This document shows positions 34,476 through 47,458 of a DNA stretch of 64,000 nucleotides, piece by piece. Under the pieces are notes generated by a model. The model made no database searches. It had not been told where the DNA came from and saw only the letters and a list, made by a program, of their open reading frames with translations. Numbering within the stretch: position 1 is the first letter of the stretch; each line of letters opens with the position of its first letter. Both the position numbers and the translations under genes were made by a program. This DNA comes from Squalus acanthias (lineage: Eukaryota), in assembly GCA_030390025.1 (NCBI GenBank), contig CM059452.1:7750001-7814000 (forward strand), read 5' to 3'.

Positions 34476-35619
34476 ATTGGAAAGTGTTAACAGGCAGTGG
34501 CATTCATTTCTGATTGCTGCCAGAGATTGATGGGTAGATGTTTGTAGGAAAGGTTATTAAGGGTAAGGGAAACAAGGCGGGTGGATGAAGTTCTTATGCA
34601 GATCAGCCATGATCTAACTGAATGGCGGAATAGTCTCGAGGGGCTGAATGTCCTCCTGTGTTCCTCTGTTCCTACTGCTTTATTAATATTGGATACATAA
34701 ATAAACAAGATCGAGATTGTCTTTTTTGCATGGACTAGTTGGCCCGAATGGCCTGTTTCTGTGCTGTATCTTCTATGTAAATATGACGCGGCAAAAGATA
34801 CATTTTATGGTTAGAAAACATGATTTACACAGAGCGAGGTGAGAATGTGGAATTCTCTGCCAGAAAGTATATTTGACTCCGACTCTTGTGGAGGAGTGAA
34901 GGGATTTGGGATTCCAGGTACTTTCTAGATTATATCAATTTGTGGCCAATAATAACAATAGGCTCTGGTTACACAATGATCGACACATCTCTCTGTCTAT
35001 CTGTCTGTTTATGACACATTGAGGAAGCATTGTGGATGGAAGAATTGTTATCCTTCTCCTTCGGACTACACCGTGAGATTGGACCATGTCACAGTCTCCC
35101 GCGACCTAACACCTGCAGTTTATGTGTCGGCTCTTGCCCGAAATACACCAGCGGGTGCGGTGTTAAAACACTGAAGTATTTCCTGCAATCCCCGGCTGTC
35201 ACCTGTGAAACCCTTAAACTGACCGCTCGATAAGTTTTGGCCAAAGAAGAGGTGAAGTTGAATTTATAACAGTAATTTTAGTCATTTCGCCCTTAATTCC
35301 TCCTGATCCATTGCCCCTCTTCTGGTTCGCCTGAGAAACTCCTCTAGGTGAACGTAACTCGGTAAATGCGGAATTATGAATCATGTTTAATAAACTCAGG
35401 GGCCTGTAGTAGATGTTGTTCATCAGCAGGTGGCGACAGTGATCTTATTGAAACATGAATCCTGCAGAGGCCGATGTTGCTGTGCCCACAAGTCACTGTC
35501 AGAACAAGGAATATCATTGCTATCAATATTGATAATACTCAGATTACTGCTCAGTCCAATTTTAAGAGAGCATGTACCCTTAGTCATAATCTGAAGGAGA
35601 AATAAATATTGCATTTATT

Positions 35620-36140
35620 TCAATCCACACATTAGGAAGGATGTCAAGGTCTTGGATAGGGTGCAGAGGAGATTTACTAGAATTGTACCAGGGATGAGGG
35701 ACTTCAGTTATGTGGAGAAACTGGAGGCTGGAGAAGCTGGGAGAAGAGAGCAGAGAAGTTTAAATGGAATTTAATAGAATTGTTCAAAAACCATGAAGGG
35801 TTTTGATAGAGTTAACAGTGAGACATGTTTCCACTGGCAGGAGTGTCGGTAACCAGAGGATACAGATTTAAGATAATTGCCAAAGAAACAGCGGGGATGT
35901 GAGGAGTTTTTTTTGCAGCGAGTTGTTATGATCTGGAATGCACTGCCTGAAAGGGTGGCGGAGGCAGATTCAACAGTATCTTTCAAAAGGGAATTGGATA
36001 AATACTTGAAAGGAAACATTTGCAAGGCTTTGGAGACAGAACAAGAGAGTGGAAGTAATTGGATAGCTCATTCAAAGAGCTGGAACAGGCACAGGCACGA
36101 TGGGCCGAATGGCCTCCTTCTGTGCTGTAAGATCCCATGA
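35620..36140 (+). mobile_element. CR1 LINE 3' fragment
   Basis: FFLQRVVMIWNALPERVAEADS..FKRELDKYL. Confidence 0.8.
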
Positions 36141-36929
36141 TTCAGTGAATTTAAATTGCACGAATCAAAAGTTTTGTAATTGTATTGTTGAAGTTACTAT
36201 TTGTGATATTAGTATATGGACGCTGAATATCAACAATATTAACCGGTATTATTTTAAAATAGTTTTGCTGAACTTTCTTTGCGCAAATGTCACCTAAACC
36301 CATTAAGCATTGTAGTAACAGCTTGGCTAAAGTGACTTTATTCTGGTTTCAGCATCAGCAGATTGTAGACTTCACATCAACTTCAGAACCTAAGCACATT
36401 AACTAGGCGTCCAATGGGTGCAGCACTGAAAAGGAACTACCTCTCCCGAGCGAATAGTGTCTCCCCGCCCGCCGCACCTTGTCTGTTGAGGTGGGCATTA
36501 AAGCTCCCAGGGCCCCAGACTGTATCCGGATCAAAATTCCTCACTTCAACCAAGTTCAACAGAAACACAATAACAGGAATCGAGCCACTTTGCTCTTTTG
36601 CTGATCTTTCTGTGCGCGAATCGGCAACGTTCACGTGCAATTAGTTGCACTTTAAATCCTTCGGGAACTCCCGTAGAATGTGATGAGGTAGTCCTTGAAT
36701 GAAAGGTGTTTCTTGATACATTAATGTCAGAAACAGTAACTGACATCTTAATTTTCCCCAATACAAAAAGAAAATACTGCAGATGCTGGAAATCTGAAAG
36801 AAAAACAGAAAATATTTCTCTCTTCACAGATGCTGCCTGACCTGCTATTTTCCCAATAGGAGTAATGGCAACGTTTTGCCACTAGTTGGCAGCAAAAACT
36901 CGATTGTTTTTCTTCCACTAAACAGGCTC

Positions 36930-38465
36930 TGCCTCAAGTTATTACTGCACTATAACCTGTCACTATTTAGATTCCACTATACCCTGTCGCAGTTATTACT
37001 GCACTAGAACCTGTCACTCTTTATATTGCAACAGATCCTGTCTCAGTTATTACTGAAAAAGATGCTGTCACTGTTTATATTACACGAGGCCCTGTCTCAG
37101 TTATTACTACACTAGACCCTGTCTCTGTTTATATTACACTAGACCCTGCCTCTCTTTATATTACACTAGACCCTGTCTCTGTTTATATTACACTAGGCCC
37201 TTTCTCAGCTATCATTGTTCTAGACCAGACCTCTGCTGGATGGATAGATAGGTATTAATGTAAATAAAGATATATGTGTGAGTGGGCGGGAGGATGCAAA
37301 CATTTATGGTTTCAAGCATACCTTTACTGCTGTTGATCAGTATCAGGAGCAGTGTGGAATTTCTAATTGAACTGGTATTTTGTCGGTAATATTTGTGTTG
37401 AAAGGATGGGGTGAATCTTGTAACAATCTGCCAGAGATGAACTGCGATTGAGGGGCAGAACTAAAGGTGAGCAATAGTGCCCTGCCCTTTGCCCTATTTA
37501 GTAGCAAACTCCGTTGTGTTAAAGTTTACTAATTCACACTTGTGTTGGAATGTGCCAATTGCTCACAATCTTTTTAATGTTAAGGATTTCTTTCCTGCAG
37601 TATTTTCTATTTAGCTTTCACGTCACCCACTGATTGTGTGACAGCACCTGGAATCGTGACCTCACAGCACCGACGGATGGGCGGCTGCAGGGTCCTAATG
37701 TCCACCCGATCATTCACCATCTGGTTAAGAGGAACAACTGAAAAGATCACACACAGAGTGTTTGATATATGTGTGAGTGTCAATGTGAGTGTACGAAATA
37801 CATCATTTTTGATGTTTGCAAGTGCATTCTGCAATGATAAATGATTATCTTCACAATTATTTTTGAACATTTTCTTGTATTCAGAATGTAATTGCAAATT
37901 GCTTAATATATTTTACATTGATTAATAACCGATTCTCTTGAGTGCTCTTGTTTAGAAAGCGATGTCACTGACCATTCCGTTACCAAGTCAAACATGACTG
38001 TCCGCAGTATTCAGTTGGAAAGGGGATTAAATCACACCGAGGATAATGAGCAGCTACCCACCAGTCTCTGCGCATTATTGTCCAGTGATCACCTCAGCAT
38101 CACACAGAATTTCCTGATATACACCTCGAGTGTGTGACGATTGGTGTAAGTGATGGTAAAAATGAAACTGTACCTGACATGGGGTTCATAAATTTTTAAT
38201 TATCTGACTATTATTTCTCTCATTACACGAGGCCCTGTCTCAATTTATATTACACTAGACCATGTCTCAGTTTATATTACTCTAGTCCCTGTCTCAGTTA
38301 TTACTGCACTAGCCCCTGTCTCTCTTTATATTACTCTAGGTCCTGTTTCAGTTTATATTACACCAGACCCTGTCTCTGTTTATATTACACTAGATCCTGT
38401 CTCTGTTTATATTATACTAGACCTTGTCTCTGTTTATATTACATTAGACTCTGTCTCTGTCTTAT
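36930..38465. repeat. 27-bp satellite blocks (AGACCCTGTCTCTGTTTATATTACACT) at 36930-37230 and 38220-38465
   Basis: Tandem units, inverted relative to the arrays at 52.8-54.5 kb. Confidence 0.8.
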
Positions 38466-39230
38466 TCTGAGACTGTGACCCCTAGTTCTAGACATCCCAG
38501 CCAAGAGAAGCATCCTCCCTTCATCTACCCTGTCGAGCCCTGTAAGAATTTTGTATGTTTTAATGAGGTCACCTCTCATTCTTCTGAAATCTAGAGAATA
38601 TAGGCCTCGTCTACTCAATCTCTCCTCACAGGACAATCCTCCCATCCCATAAATCAGTCTGGTGAACCATCGTTGGACTCTCTCTATGGCAATTATATCC
38701 TTCCTTCGGTAAGGAGACTAAAACTGCAGGATGCAGGGTGTCCTTGAAGTGTTTCCTCTGCTCACCTGGGGCTCTCTTGCCATGCAGGGAGGAAATACTT
38801 CAGTCACGTAGAGAGACTAGAGAAGCAGGTTTTGTTCTCAATAGAGCAGAGAAAGTTGAGAGGACATTTAATAGAAGTGTTCAAAATTATGAGGAGTTTT
38901 GATAGAGTAGATAGGGAGAAATTGTTTCCACTGACGCAAGGGTTGGTAACTGGAGGACACAGATTTAAGATAATTTGCAAAAACAACAGACGGGAGAGGA
39001 GGAGAAATTTGTTCAGGCACTCAGTCGTTATGATCTGTAACGCACTGTCTGGGAGGGTGGTGGAAGCAGAATCAATAATAACTTTCAAAAGAGAATTGGA
39101 TATATACTTGAAAAGCAAAAATGTGCAGGGCTATGGGTAAAAAATCGGGGAACTGGACTAATCGGACAGTTCTTTCAACGAGCCGGCACAGACACCATGA
39201 CCTCCTTCTGTGCTGTATAATTCAATGATT
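38460..39230. mobile_element. Two CR1 LINE fragments in opposite orientations
   Basis: ORFs 38439-38645 (-) and 38832-39140 (+) carry RRMRGDLI and RKLRGHLIEVFK motifs. Confidence 0.8.
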
Positions 39231-39350
39231 CAGCCCACAGGAATTGCACTCGGTGCTGCAGCTCGCTCTGACCGCACTGAAACTCATCCTCCGCCAAAAC
39301 AGACCGCAGGCAGCTTTTGTACGAGAGGAGAACTAGGTCATATCTCTGTG

Positions 39351-39815
39351 TCGGAGCGATGGGGCAAATCCACAGATGTACAGCGCCGTGTTTCTCAGCT
39401 GGAGATCAGTGACGGTTAAAATAGACACTTCTGAACATGTCTTTAATTCAGAATTGAAGCGATTCCCAATATTTTTTGCTTTTCCCCAACTGTTGCCGGA
39501 ACTTCTCCACACGATCATCTCCGGGGGTGTATCGGGATACTTTCGCTATCAGTACAGGTCGTACCAGCCTGCTGTTGCCGAATAGCTACATTGCGCCCTG
39601 AAAGTCTGTCCCATTTTCAGGACTGCAGCCGACCAATCCTGAGACACAATCTCCCTGACTCAGATCTGGTGGAAAGACTGAAAGTATTGATTGGATGTTA
39701 ATTGTGGGTTTACAATCAAACTTTGTTAAACGTAGCTTTGTACTATATCATCCTTTAAAGATTTACTAAATGCTGAGCAGGTGAGTGTAGTCAAAAGGGT
39801 GAATTTGAAATGCAT
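39351..39815 (-). pseudogene. TCR V pseudogene (leader 39767-39815, V exon 39351-39665)
   Basis: Leader MHFKFTLLTTLTCSAF. FR1 frameshift; the W-Y of WYRQ read TGA TAG; ends ..LRNTALYICGFAPSLR. RSS: CACAGAG 39344-39350, 23 bp, ACAAAAGCT 39312-39320. Confidence 0.85.
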
Positions 39816-41327
39816 GGTCTCCGACAATCCCCGCCACTGTGGGCCTCTCCGGGTCGAGCTGATTTCCAATACTCTCTCCTTTGCTGGGAAGCTGATCCAG
39901 TTTTTGCACTGAGCAGCTCGCGGCAATATTCTTCAATGACAAATCACGTGCTCCAGTTTAAACCAATCGGAACCGTCCGTGAACGGTCCTTGCGATGATT
40001 GGATATATGAGAGAGAGAGACCCAGTTTGATTGGATAAATAGAAGTGGCGTGTTAATTCATTCTCGGGCTGCAGGTGTCGCTGGCGAGGCCGCCTTTATT
40101 GCTGGTCCCCCGTTGTCCTGAAATGGTGAGTCCAGTCCAGTCCCACACCAATGTGGTTGACTCTTAGCTGCCTTATGAAGTGGCCCAGCAAGACCGCCAG
40201 TTGTATCATTGCAAGTAGAACTGGAAAGTACATGCCAGTCTTGCCAGCGACGTCCACATGAATTAAAAACATGAATTAAAAAATGATCCTGAACCAATTC
40301 AACACGTGACCGACATCACCTCACACTGATCATTGTATCCGCTCCCCTTCCTTCACCGTCAGTGGTCGTTCATTAAAGGTATATAGAATTCTCGGTGTCA
40401 CCACCTTGGTTTTTAAATAAATATTGTACCAATTTGGTGAATTGACGGTTCCTCTGTGTTTCAGATCGTCACATCAGGAGTTGGTTTCGATCGAACCCCT
40501 TTCCATTGCAATAATTTCCGGCAGCCAACTGCTTCCTCATGTTCAGTTGACAAACTCCATCTGAAGCTAAGGCGGCGACTTCACTGAGCGGAAGGGTGGA
40601 GTCCCGCCGCCCCCTGGTGGCTGGCCCAAACATTGCACGCGGTGCTGCGGGACAGATTCTTAAGAAAATGTCAGATGACACGAAGAAAGGTGAATTTCGC
40701 CGTGTTCTGGCAATTAGAGCTTAACCAAGAAATAAACTGCGCTTGATAGATAAGGTGATGCTAGTAACACGAATAAAACAAGTTTCAAAATTTAGATTAA
40801 TCAAAATAACGATGATAGGTGGTTTATTCAGAAACAAATCAGCCTAAATATGTAACTCAGTGATTACTTGACCACACACCAGAAGCGCTTTGGGGAATCT
40901 GAACACACTGGATAAGGCTTTATGTAAATACAAAGTTTTGATCAGATTTCCTGCACACATTCAGCGCGTTCCCTCGGTGTTATCGACCTGCCGCTGGGTT
41001 TGCCTGGTGTGTACAGCTCCTTGAACGGCTGGAACACAATGTCCAATTGTTTGGGCAGTGTTTCTGCCGCAATATCTTTTATTGATGAACTGGTATAAAT
41101 TCTCTAAACACATCTTTTCACTATGTTCAGGAGGACCAGAGGAAAGTTTCCCCAATGCCTATCTGTTGCTCTCGGTTTGCTGTTTATTTGGGTGCATTTA
41201 AAATCAGCACCTTCTGGTGACAAGATTAGAAAAATCCCCGTTTCTCCGCAAACTGCCCGCTGTCCAAAGACCTTGTCATGTTCGGCAGTGTTATTGTACG
41301 GGGCTCCCTCTGGTTCCTGTCACTGTG

Positions 41328-41850
41328 TCTCTCAGCCCGCAGTGATACACCGCGCTGTCAGACAGCCGCAGGCCGCCGATGGTGAAATTCCCTTCACTTT
41401 TCGAAGTGTCGAGAGATGCTGAAAATCGAGCCCCCGCCCCCTCTGCTTTGGAAACATCCCCAGCAGAAGGGATGTAGATCAAGAATGTGGGGCCTTTGTC
41501 CCGGTCCTGACGGTACAGTTGTAAGAAATAGAAAGTAGCAGTGGTCGAATAATTGCAATTGATGGTCACCGAGTCTCCTTCAAACTGCATCGCTGTAACC
41601 GGCCCCTGTGAGACCGAGTCCGCACCACTGACACCTGCAGAAATTTAGAAATACAGAACTGTAAGCTCTCACTGTCATTTAATTATAACTAATATAATAA
41701 TGGTGACGGAATACATGGCAAGTATAGAGAAACACAGTTAAAAGATTCTCTATGTTAGTGACACCTGCAAGAGAAGTTTGTGTAACTTGTGAACTTACCA
41801 GTTAATAGAGCTGCAGCTGTGACGACTGAGTAAAAAGTCACACCCAACAT
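41328..41850 (-). CDS. TCR alpha/delta V segment (leader 41799-41850, V exon 41328-41634); open frame but conserved Trp41 reads Leu
   Basis: MLGVTFYSVVTAAALLT G|VSGADSVSQGP..VTINCNYS..FLQLYRQ..DSAVYHCGLR. RSS: CACAGTG 41321-41327, 23 bp, ACAATAACA 41289-41297. Confidence 0.88.
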
Positions 41851-41929
41851 GTTTGCAGAGAGTTGATGGCGGATTTGAACTGTAATTGTTTTAGTCAAAA
41901 GTTGGGAAGATATTGAGTAATATCCGTCT

Positions 41930-42090
41930 CTCTGCCGATTGGTTCATTCCTGACAGAGTCAACAGGTGACATCCAATCAACTCAGGGGTCCTTTGTTCTC
42001 CAATTCATCCAATCAGCTCACAGTTCCTTTGTTCTCCCAATCATCCAATCATCTCACAGCTCCTTTGTTCTCCAACTCATGACGTCAGAG
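41930..42090 (-). promoter_or_regulatory. TCR V promoter with CRE, CCAAT boxes and three TCF/LEF motifs
   Basis: TGACGTCA 42080-42087; CTTTGTT at 41991, 42027 and 42063, interspersed with CCAAT. Confidence 0.55.
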
Positions 42091-42482
42091 CGGGGAGCGG
42101 CGAACGGAGTGAAATTGTTCTCCTCACAACAGAGAACTGGACGGGGATTAAACCCAATGTTCGCTCTTTAACAGGGGCAGTATGTGCGTTGGGAGCAGTG
42201 AAGGGAAATGGTTATCTTGTTTAGTATAAGTGCCGGAGGGTCCCGTTAAAATATCTGCTCACGGACCATGTGAACTACCCACAGCCGATATAAATGGGGA
42301 AATTATATAGAATTACACTGTGCACAGCACAGAAACAAGCCATTCAGCCAAACTCGTCTTTATAATTTGGTTTCCGTTCTATTATCTGATCATAATCCAG
42401 GTTACAGATCTGATTCATTGAGAGGAGGAGAGAGTCCTTTGCTAGTTTTTGTACGGACTGACTGCGCCCCTGTAACAGTGTG

Positions 42483-42922
42483 GGGCGCTCAGCGCACAGA
42501 AATACACGGCAGAGTCAGAGATGAGCGCTCCGGAGACATTTAAAGGAACCGTTTTGTTGTTTTGGTCCAAATCAGCAGAGAACCGTTCTGGAGTATCTGG
42601 AGCCTTTTCTCCGGACACCGAGCTATATCGCTTCAGTAAATATCTCGGAGCTTCCCCGGGATACTGGATGTACCAGAAGAGGGTTGAGCCAGTGTACTCT
42701 GCCGAGTAACGACAGTTCAGTATTATGGTCTGTCCTTCCTGAGCGGTTAATTCTGGCGGATCCTGAAATACTGCGTCTTTTCCACTCGTACCTGTAACAA
42801 AATACAGAATGTGTGAAAAGCCTGGCAGTGAATACAACCCATGGAACACACACTGGCCATTTAAACACAGACTCACTGGGCAGCACGACCATTATTATTA
42901 GTAAAGAACACAGGGTGCACAT
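42483..42922 (-). CDS. TCR alpha/delta V segment (leader 42877-42922, V exon 42483-42791), intact
   Basis: MCTLCSLLIIMVVLP S|TSGKDAVFQDP..IILNCRYS..LFWYIQYPG..DSAVYFCALSA. RSS: CACACTG 42476-42482, 23 bp, ACAAAAACT 42444-42452. Confidence 0.93.
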
Positions 42923-45194
42923 GATGTCTGGTTTAGAGTTCGACAGAAAATAACAGAATGTTCTAAACATGTGCGATATTAAAGATTAAACCCAGATCAG
43001 GTTCAGGCTTCACTTATTGAGAAACTGAGGGGCGTTTCCCAGGACATGATTGGCTGGTCTCTCAGAACTGTCTTCAGCTTTGCACCAATGAGTGTTATTT
43101 GTGTCCAATTACTGCAGGATCTATTCAAACTCTTTCCTTGCCTGCCTGTGTGTCATTATCTCTCTATATATATATGTCTATTTAACTCAGTGTCTCTATC
43201 TGAGTCACGGTTTCTCTCTCCCTCTCTCCCTCTCTCTCTTTGTCTTTTCCTTTCATTCTATCTCTGTCGCTCTCTAACTGAGGTGAAATGTGAAGAAATT
43301 CCTGAAGTCATTGTGTCCCATTAATAGTTGCAATCTTAAGAATACGAATTACATTACACACACACCAACATTAACAAAAATACACAGAATGTTTGATATC
43401 TTTGGAGGTTAATGACATATATTCAGTTGTGCTTTCCTTGAGATGCAAACTCTTGAACAAGTGATCAGAGAGCGCACTCCTGTGTCAGGCACAAGCCTCA
43501 CACAGAGCATTGGATACAAGCACATGACCACAGACACCTGCACATAGACAGTCAGACACACACACACTCAAACACACACAGACACTCATACCAGAATAAA
43601 CAGAGACAGGCACACAATGATTGATATCTTGTGGATGTTATTGATGTATATTCAGTTGTGAATTGTTTGAGATGAATGAGAAACAGACTTGGTGCAAACT
43701 ATTCTAAAATTGTATTAATTCCGTCTCTCAACAATGTGCCAAAATGTTTCCCAACCAATCAGACAATTTCTGAATATCATGTGACAAGCTGCACCCGCTC
43801 ATCCCTGAGTCACGGGTTGTATATTTGTCCTTACTCGCTTCTCTTCCTGGACACAATCAGCACAGCCCCGTTCCCTCGGTGCGATCTACTTGCTGCTGTC
43901 TTTAACTGATGAGTGCAGGTCCCTGAACGGATCAAAACATTAATCTCATATTGTTTGGGCAGCAACTCGTCCACATTCTGTTTTCAGATGCAATGGGATC
44001 TAAATTCACTAACAGGTGCAATCTGTGCGGTGGGGCAGTAAAGGGAAATAGTTAATGTTGTTCTGGTATCAGTGCCGGAGGCTCCGATTAAAAGAGCTGC
44101 TCACTGACCATTCGATCTATCCACTGCTGATATAAAGGGGAATATAGACGGCCAGCGGGTCCTGAGGGACTTGAACACAACGATACGGTAAATTGTACAA
44201 ACGCCACCTGTTATATGAATGAAATGGGGAATGACTGACATGTTTGAGCAGAATGGGAGGATGCGAGCAGCGGATAGGCTCAGTGATACTACGGTGAGCT
44301 GGTCATTAAAATATTTACAACATGTCATTAATAATACTTTAATAATTCACAATAACATTAAAATAAAACAATGCTTCCATTTGAAATTAATGCCTTTATT
44401 TCTGAATCCCTTTATTAAATAAATGAACTGAACGGTGTTGTCCGTCTGTAACTCGCCCTCACACTGAAACCAACAGTGAACAGATCCGCCCACTGCCCTC
44501 TGGTGGCGACTACCTGTAACTACAAGGTACAAATCCCGCCGTGTTGCAGTTCACCAGATCACTGAGAATGAGGGAGGCCATTCGGCTTGTCTTGTCTCAT
44601 CCATCCAGAGAGATCCTAACTCCCGCCCCTCACTGCAGCCTCAAACTTTCCTTAAACGATTCCAGGGTATTTCCCTCGGCCACTCTATCCAGAAGTATAT
44701 TCCACACATTAATCACTCTGTGTGTGTGAAGAATTTCCTGGTACCAGCCGTAAAATGAGCTTTTTTACATTGAACCCGTGTCCCCAGCTTCTACTTCCAC
44801 AGCTCAGTTTAAAGTAATATTGCGGGTTCGGTTTTAATGCTGATACTCCTCTTGGGGTCATTGCAGTCGGGCACTGGGACACGCTGCTGCTTAAATCAGC
44901 TCCTGTGACCATCCCCTTCATCATTCCGCTTCAGAGAAAGGGCTCATTGCGAGAGAAAGTGAGCACCAGGCGACTATTTCCTTCTTCTCACTCCCTCTTC
45001 TTTAGCCCCGCCCACAGCTTCCGTTTGCTGCTCTCGCTCTGACCCGCCTTGCCTGCCCTGTGTTATTGGAGAGATTGCTGCCGCTGTTCCCTGCTTGGCA
45101 TTGGGTGGATCTGCAGTGCCGTGAGGCGGGGATCTGTATTTCTGCTCCGACAGAGGATTTCCCGGACTGCAAAGTTACAGACTCAGGGAGCATC

Positions 45195-45506
45195 ATGCGG
45201 AACCGTCTCGCACCGCTCCTCATCATTATATCACTCCTCAGTGAGTATTTCCTCCTCAGTAAACAGCCATTCTCCCCCCTAACTGCTGTAACCCAGGTGT
45301 TATTGTTGGTGAAATAGCGATGATGATGGCGGATCAACACACATTTCAACTTTTCTCTAATTTCCAACATGGTTTGAATCTGAATTTTAAACACCCGCAG
45401 GTCTGTCATTTTCTTGTTTGAACATTTTTTTCAGATCTGAATGATTGTGATTCTGTCACTCAGACGCTCTCTTCAAGAGTTAAGACAGAAGGAGAAGCGG
45501 TGACTT
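45195..45506 (+). pseudogene. 3'-truncated chimeric TCR V (family-B leader 45195-45240; family-A FR1 from 45435)
   Basis: MRNRLAPLLIIISLL|gtgag ... cag|LNDCDSVTQTLSSRVKTEGEAVT, then homology breaks and a stop follows; no RSS. Confidence 0.85.
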
Positions 45507-45673
45507 GTGGAGTGTTCTGTTTTTTCTCCCTTTTAACAAGGTCCCTCTGACTCACTGTGGAGGCTGAATTATCGCTTCTGTTTGTCGGTGTGAGAGCGCC
45601 CTCTGGTGAGCACCAACTGTAACTCTCAGTGTGGGTTTTTGTACGGGATCCGCTATATCTCTGCAGCAGTGTG

Positions 45674-46154
45674 GGGCTCCAAGGCACAGAAATATACGGC
45701 GGTGTCTGAGATTAGGGCTTTGCCGATCGTTAGCTCGGTAATCTTGGTAGTTTTATTAAACCTAGAATTGAATCTGTCAGTGAAGTCGGGATTCCGGTTT
45801 GCATTCTCTCCTATAAGACGAAGCACGTACTGTGGAGGCTGCCCGGGGCGCTGTCTGTACCAGAACACATAAGTGTTAGTAGCGCTTGTTTTCAAGATGC
45901 AGGTTGATATGACATTACTTTCCTCTTCAACCGTCATCTCAGGGATCGGCTGTTCAACTGCGTCTTGGTGGCTCCATTCTAACATAAAATAACAGGAATC
46001 ATCATCATCACCATCAATGTCATCTCAAGCAAAATAACCATCATCATTTTAGCAATAATAACATCTGGGTTACAGCAGTCATGGGGAGAATGTGAAGGAA
46101 ATCCTTACTTAGAAGTGATATAATGATGAGGAGCGGTGCGAGACGGTTCCACAT
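45674..46154 (-). CDS. TCR alpha/delta V segment, family B (leader 46109-46154, V exon 45674-45978)
   Basis: MWNRLAPLLIIISLL|KWSHQDAVEQP..STCILKT..FWYRQRPGQPPQY..DTAVYFCALEP. RSS: CACACTG 45667-45673, 24-bp spacer, ACAAAAACC 45634-45642. Confidence 0.9.
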
Positions 46155-46943
46155 GATGTTCCCGAGTCTGTAAATCTGCAGTCCGGGAAATCCTCTGTCG
46201 GAGCAGAAATACAGATCCCCGCTCCACTGCACTGCTGATCCAAGCAATGCCAAACAGCGAACAGCGGAAGCAATCTCTCCAATAACGGAAGCTGTGGGCG
46301 GGGCTGCCGCGGGCAGTGTCACCGCAAGCTTTGTCTGTAAATTTCCAGTTGATACCGCGCCCTCTGACGGTGGCTCTGTGAATTTTACACTGTCAGGATA
46401 ATGGGCAGAGTAAAGTGTGAGTTCATCGATGGTGCAGTTTCCTGGGGCCTATTTTTGGGAGACATTGTGCATTGTTTCAGACGATTCAGCTTTGTAAATA
46501 GGGGGAAGGGAAATGTGAGTGAAGTTAAAGGAAAGGACATTTTACTTTATTTCTGAATCTCTTTCTTTATGGCTTTTTCTTACCTTTTAGCTTTGTGTTT
46601 CTCACTCGTTATTTCTCACTTTCTTTCATTTCTCGTTCCCTCCTTTCCTAACCTGCTGTCCTCTACACTCTCATTATTACACCGCTCTTTCTCTTTCTCT
46701 CTCTCATTCTGTCTTTGGTCTTTTCTCTTTCTTTTCCTCTGTCTATGTTTCCAACGCTCTTAATTTCTCACTTTCTTTAAATCTTTCTCTTCAATATATC
46801 ATCATTGTTCTGTGCTCATTCCCTCTGCCCTCCGATTATTATAACCGGGCCCCTCTCAATCCCGTTACTCCAAACACAGCAGAGCGGCGCTCCCCCTCGG
46901 TGCAGGTTTCTGTGCGGACTCTCCGCCTGTTTGTTACACTGTG

Positions 46944-47277
46944 GGCTCCCGGCGCAGAGATAGGTGGCGCTGTCTGTCACTCGCGCGTCTCTCACAGTCA
47001 GGACACTGAGTTTATTGCCTCCCCCGATTGAAGCAGTGATCCTCCCGTGTTGATCGGTCCCGCTTGTGGCCATCACCAGGTGCTGGAGGGTCTGATCCGA
47101 GTTCTGTCTGTACCAGTGCAGGAAGCTAAACGCAGTGGTAGCGGAGCAGTTGATGGACACGATTCCCTCTTCAGGAACAAACAACTGCCGAGGGAGCTGC
47201 TCCACCCCATCTTTACCGCTCACATCCGTGCAGATCAGAGTGTAAATCAGCAGGGAAACGCTGTAAATCCGGAGCAT
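46944..47277 (-). CDS. TCR alpha-like V segment with signal peptide and V domain in one exon
   Basis: MLRIYSVSLLIYTLICTDVSG-KDGVEQLP..VSINCS..LHWYRQ..DSATYLCAGS in one continuous frame. RSS: CACAGTG 46937-46943, 23 bp, ACAGAAACC 46905-46913. Confidence 0.88.
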
Positions 47278-47458
47278 TATCGGATCTGGCGAAGAGGATG
47301 CAGAAAGATTTGATTGTACACAGATGTTCGTTTAGAAACTGGACACGGGTATTATATTCAGGATAATTAACAAGGAGACAAACACCCGCTTCTTGTTCAA
47401 CTCAGAGGATTCATCCTGTCGAACTAACGAACCAAGGTGGGTTTCGGGGTTTACTCAC

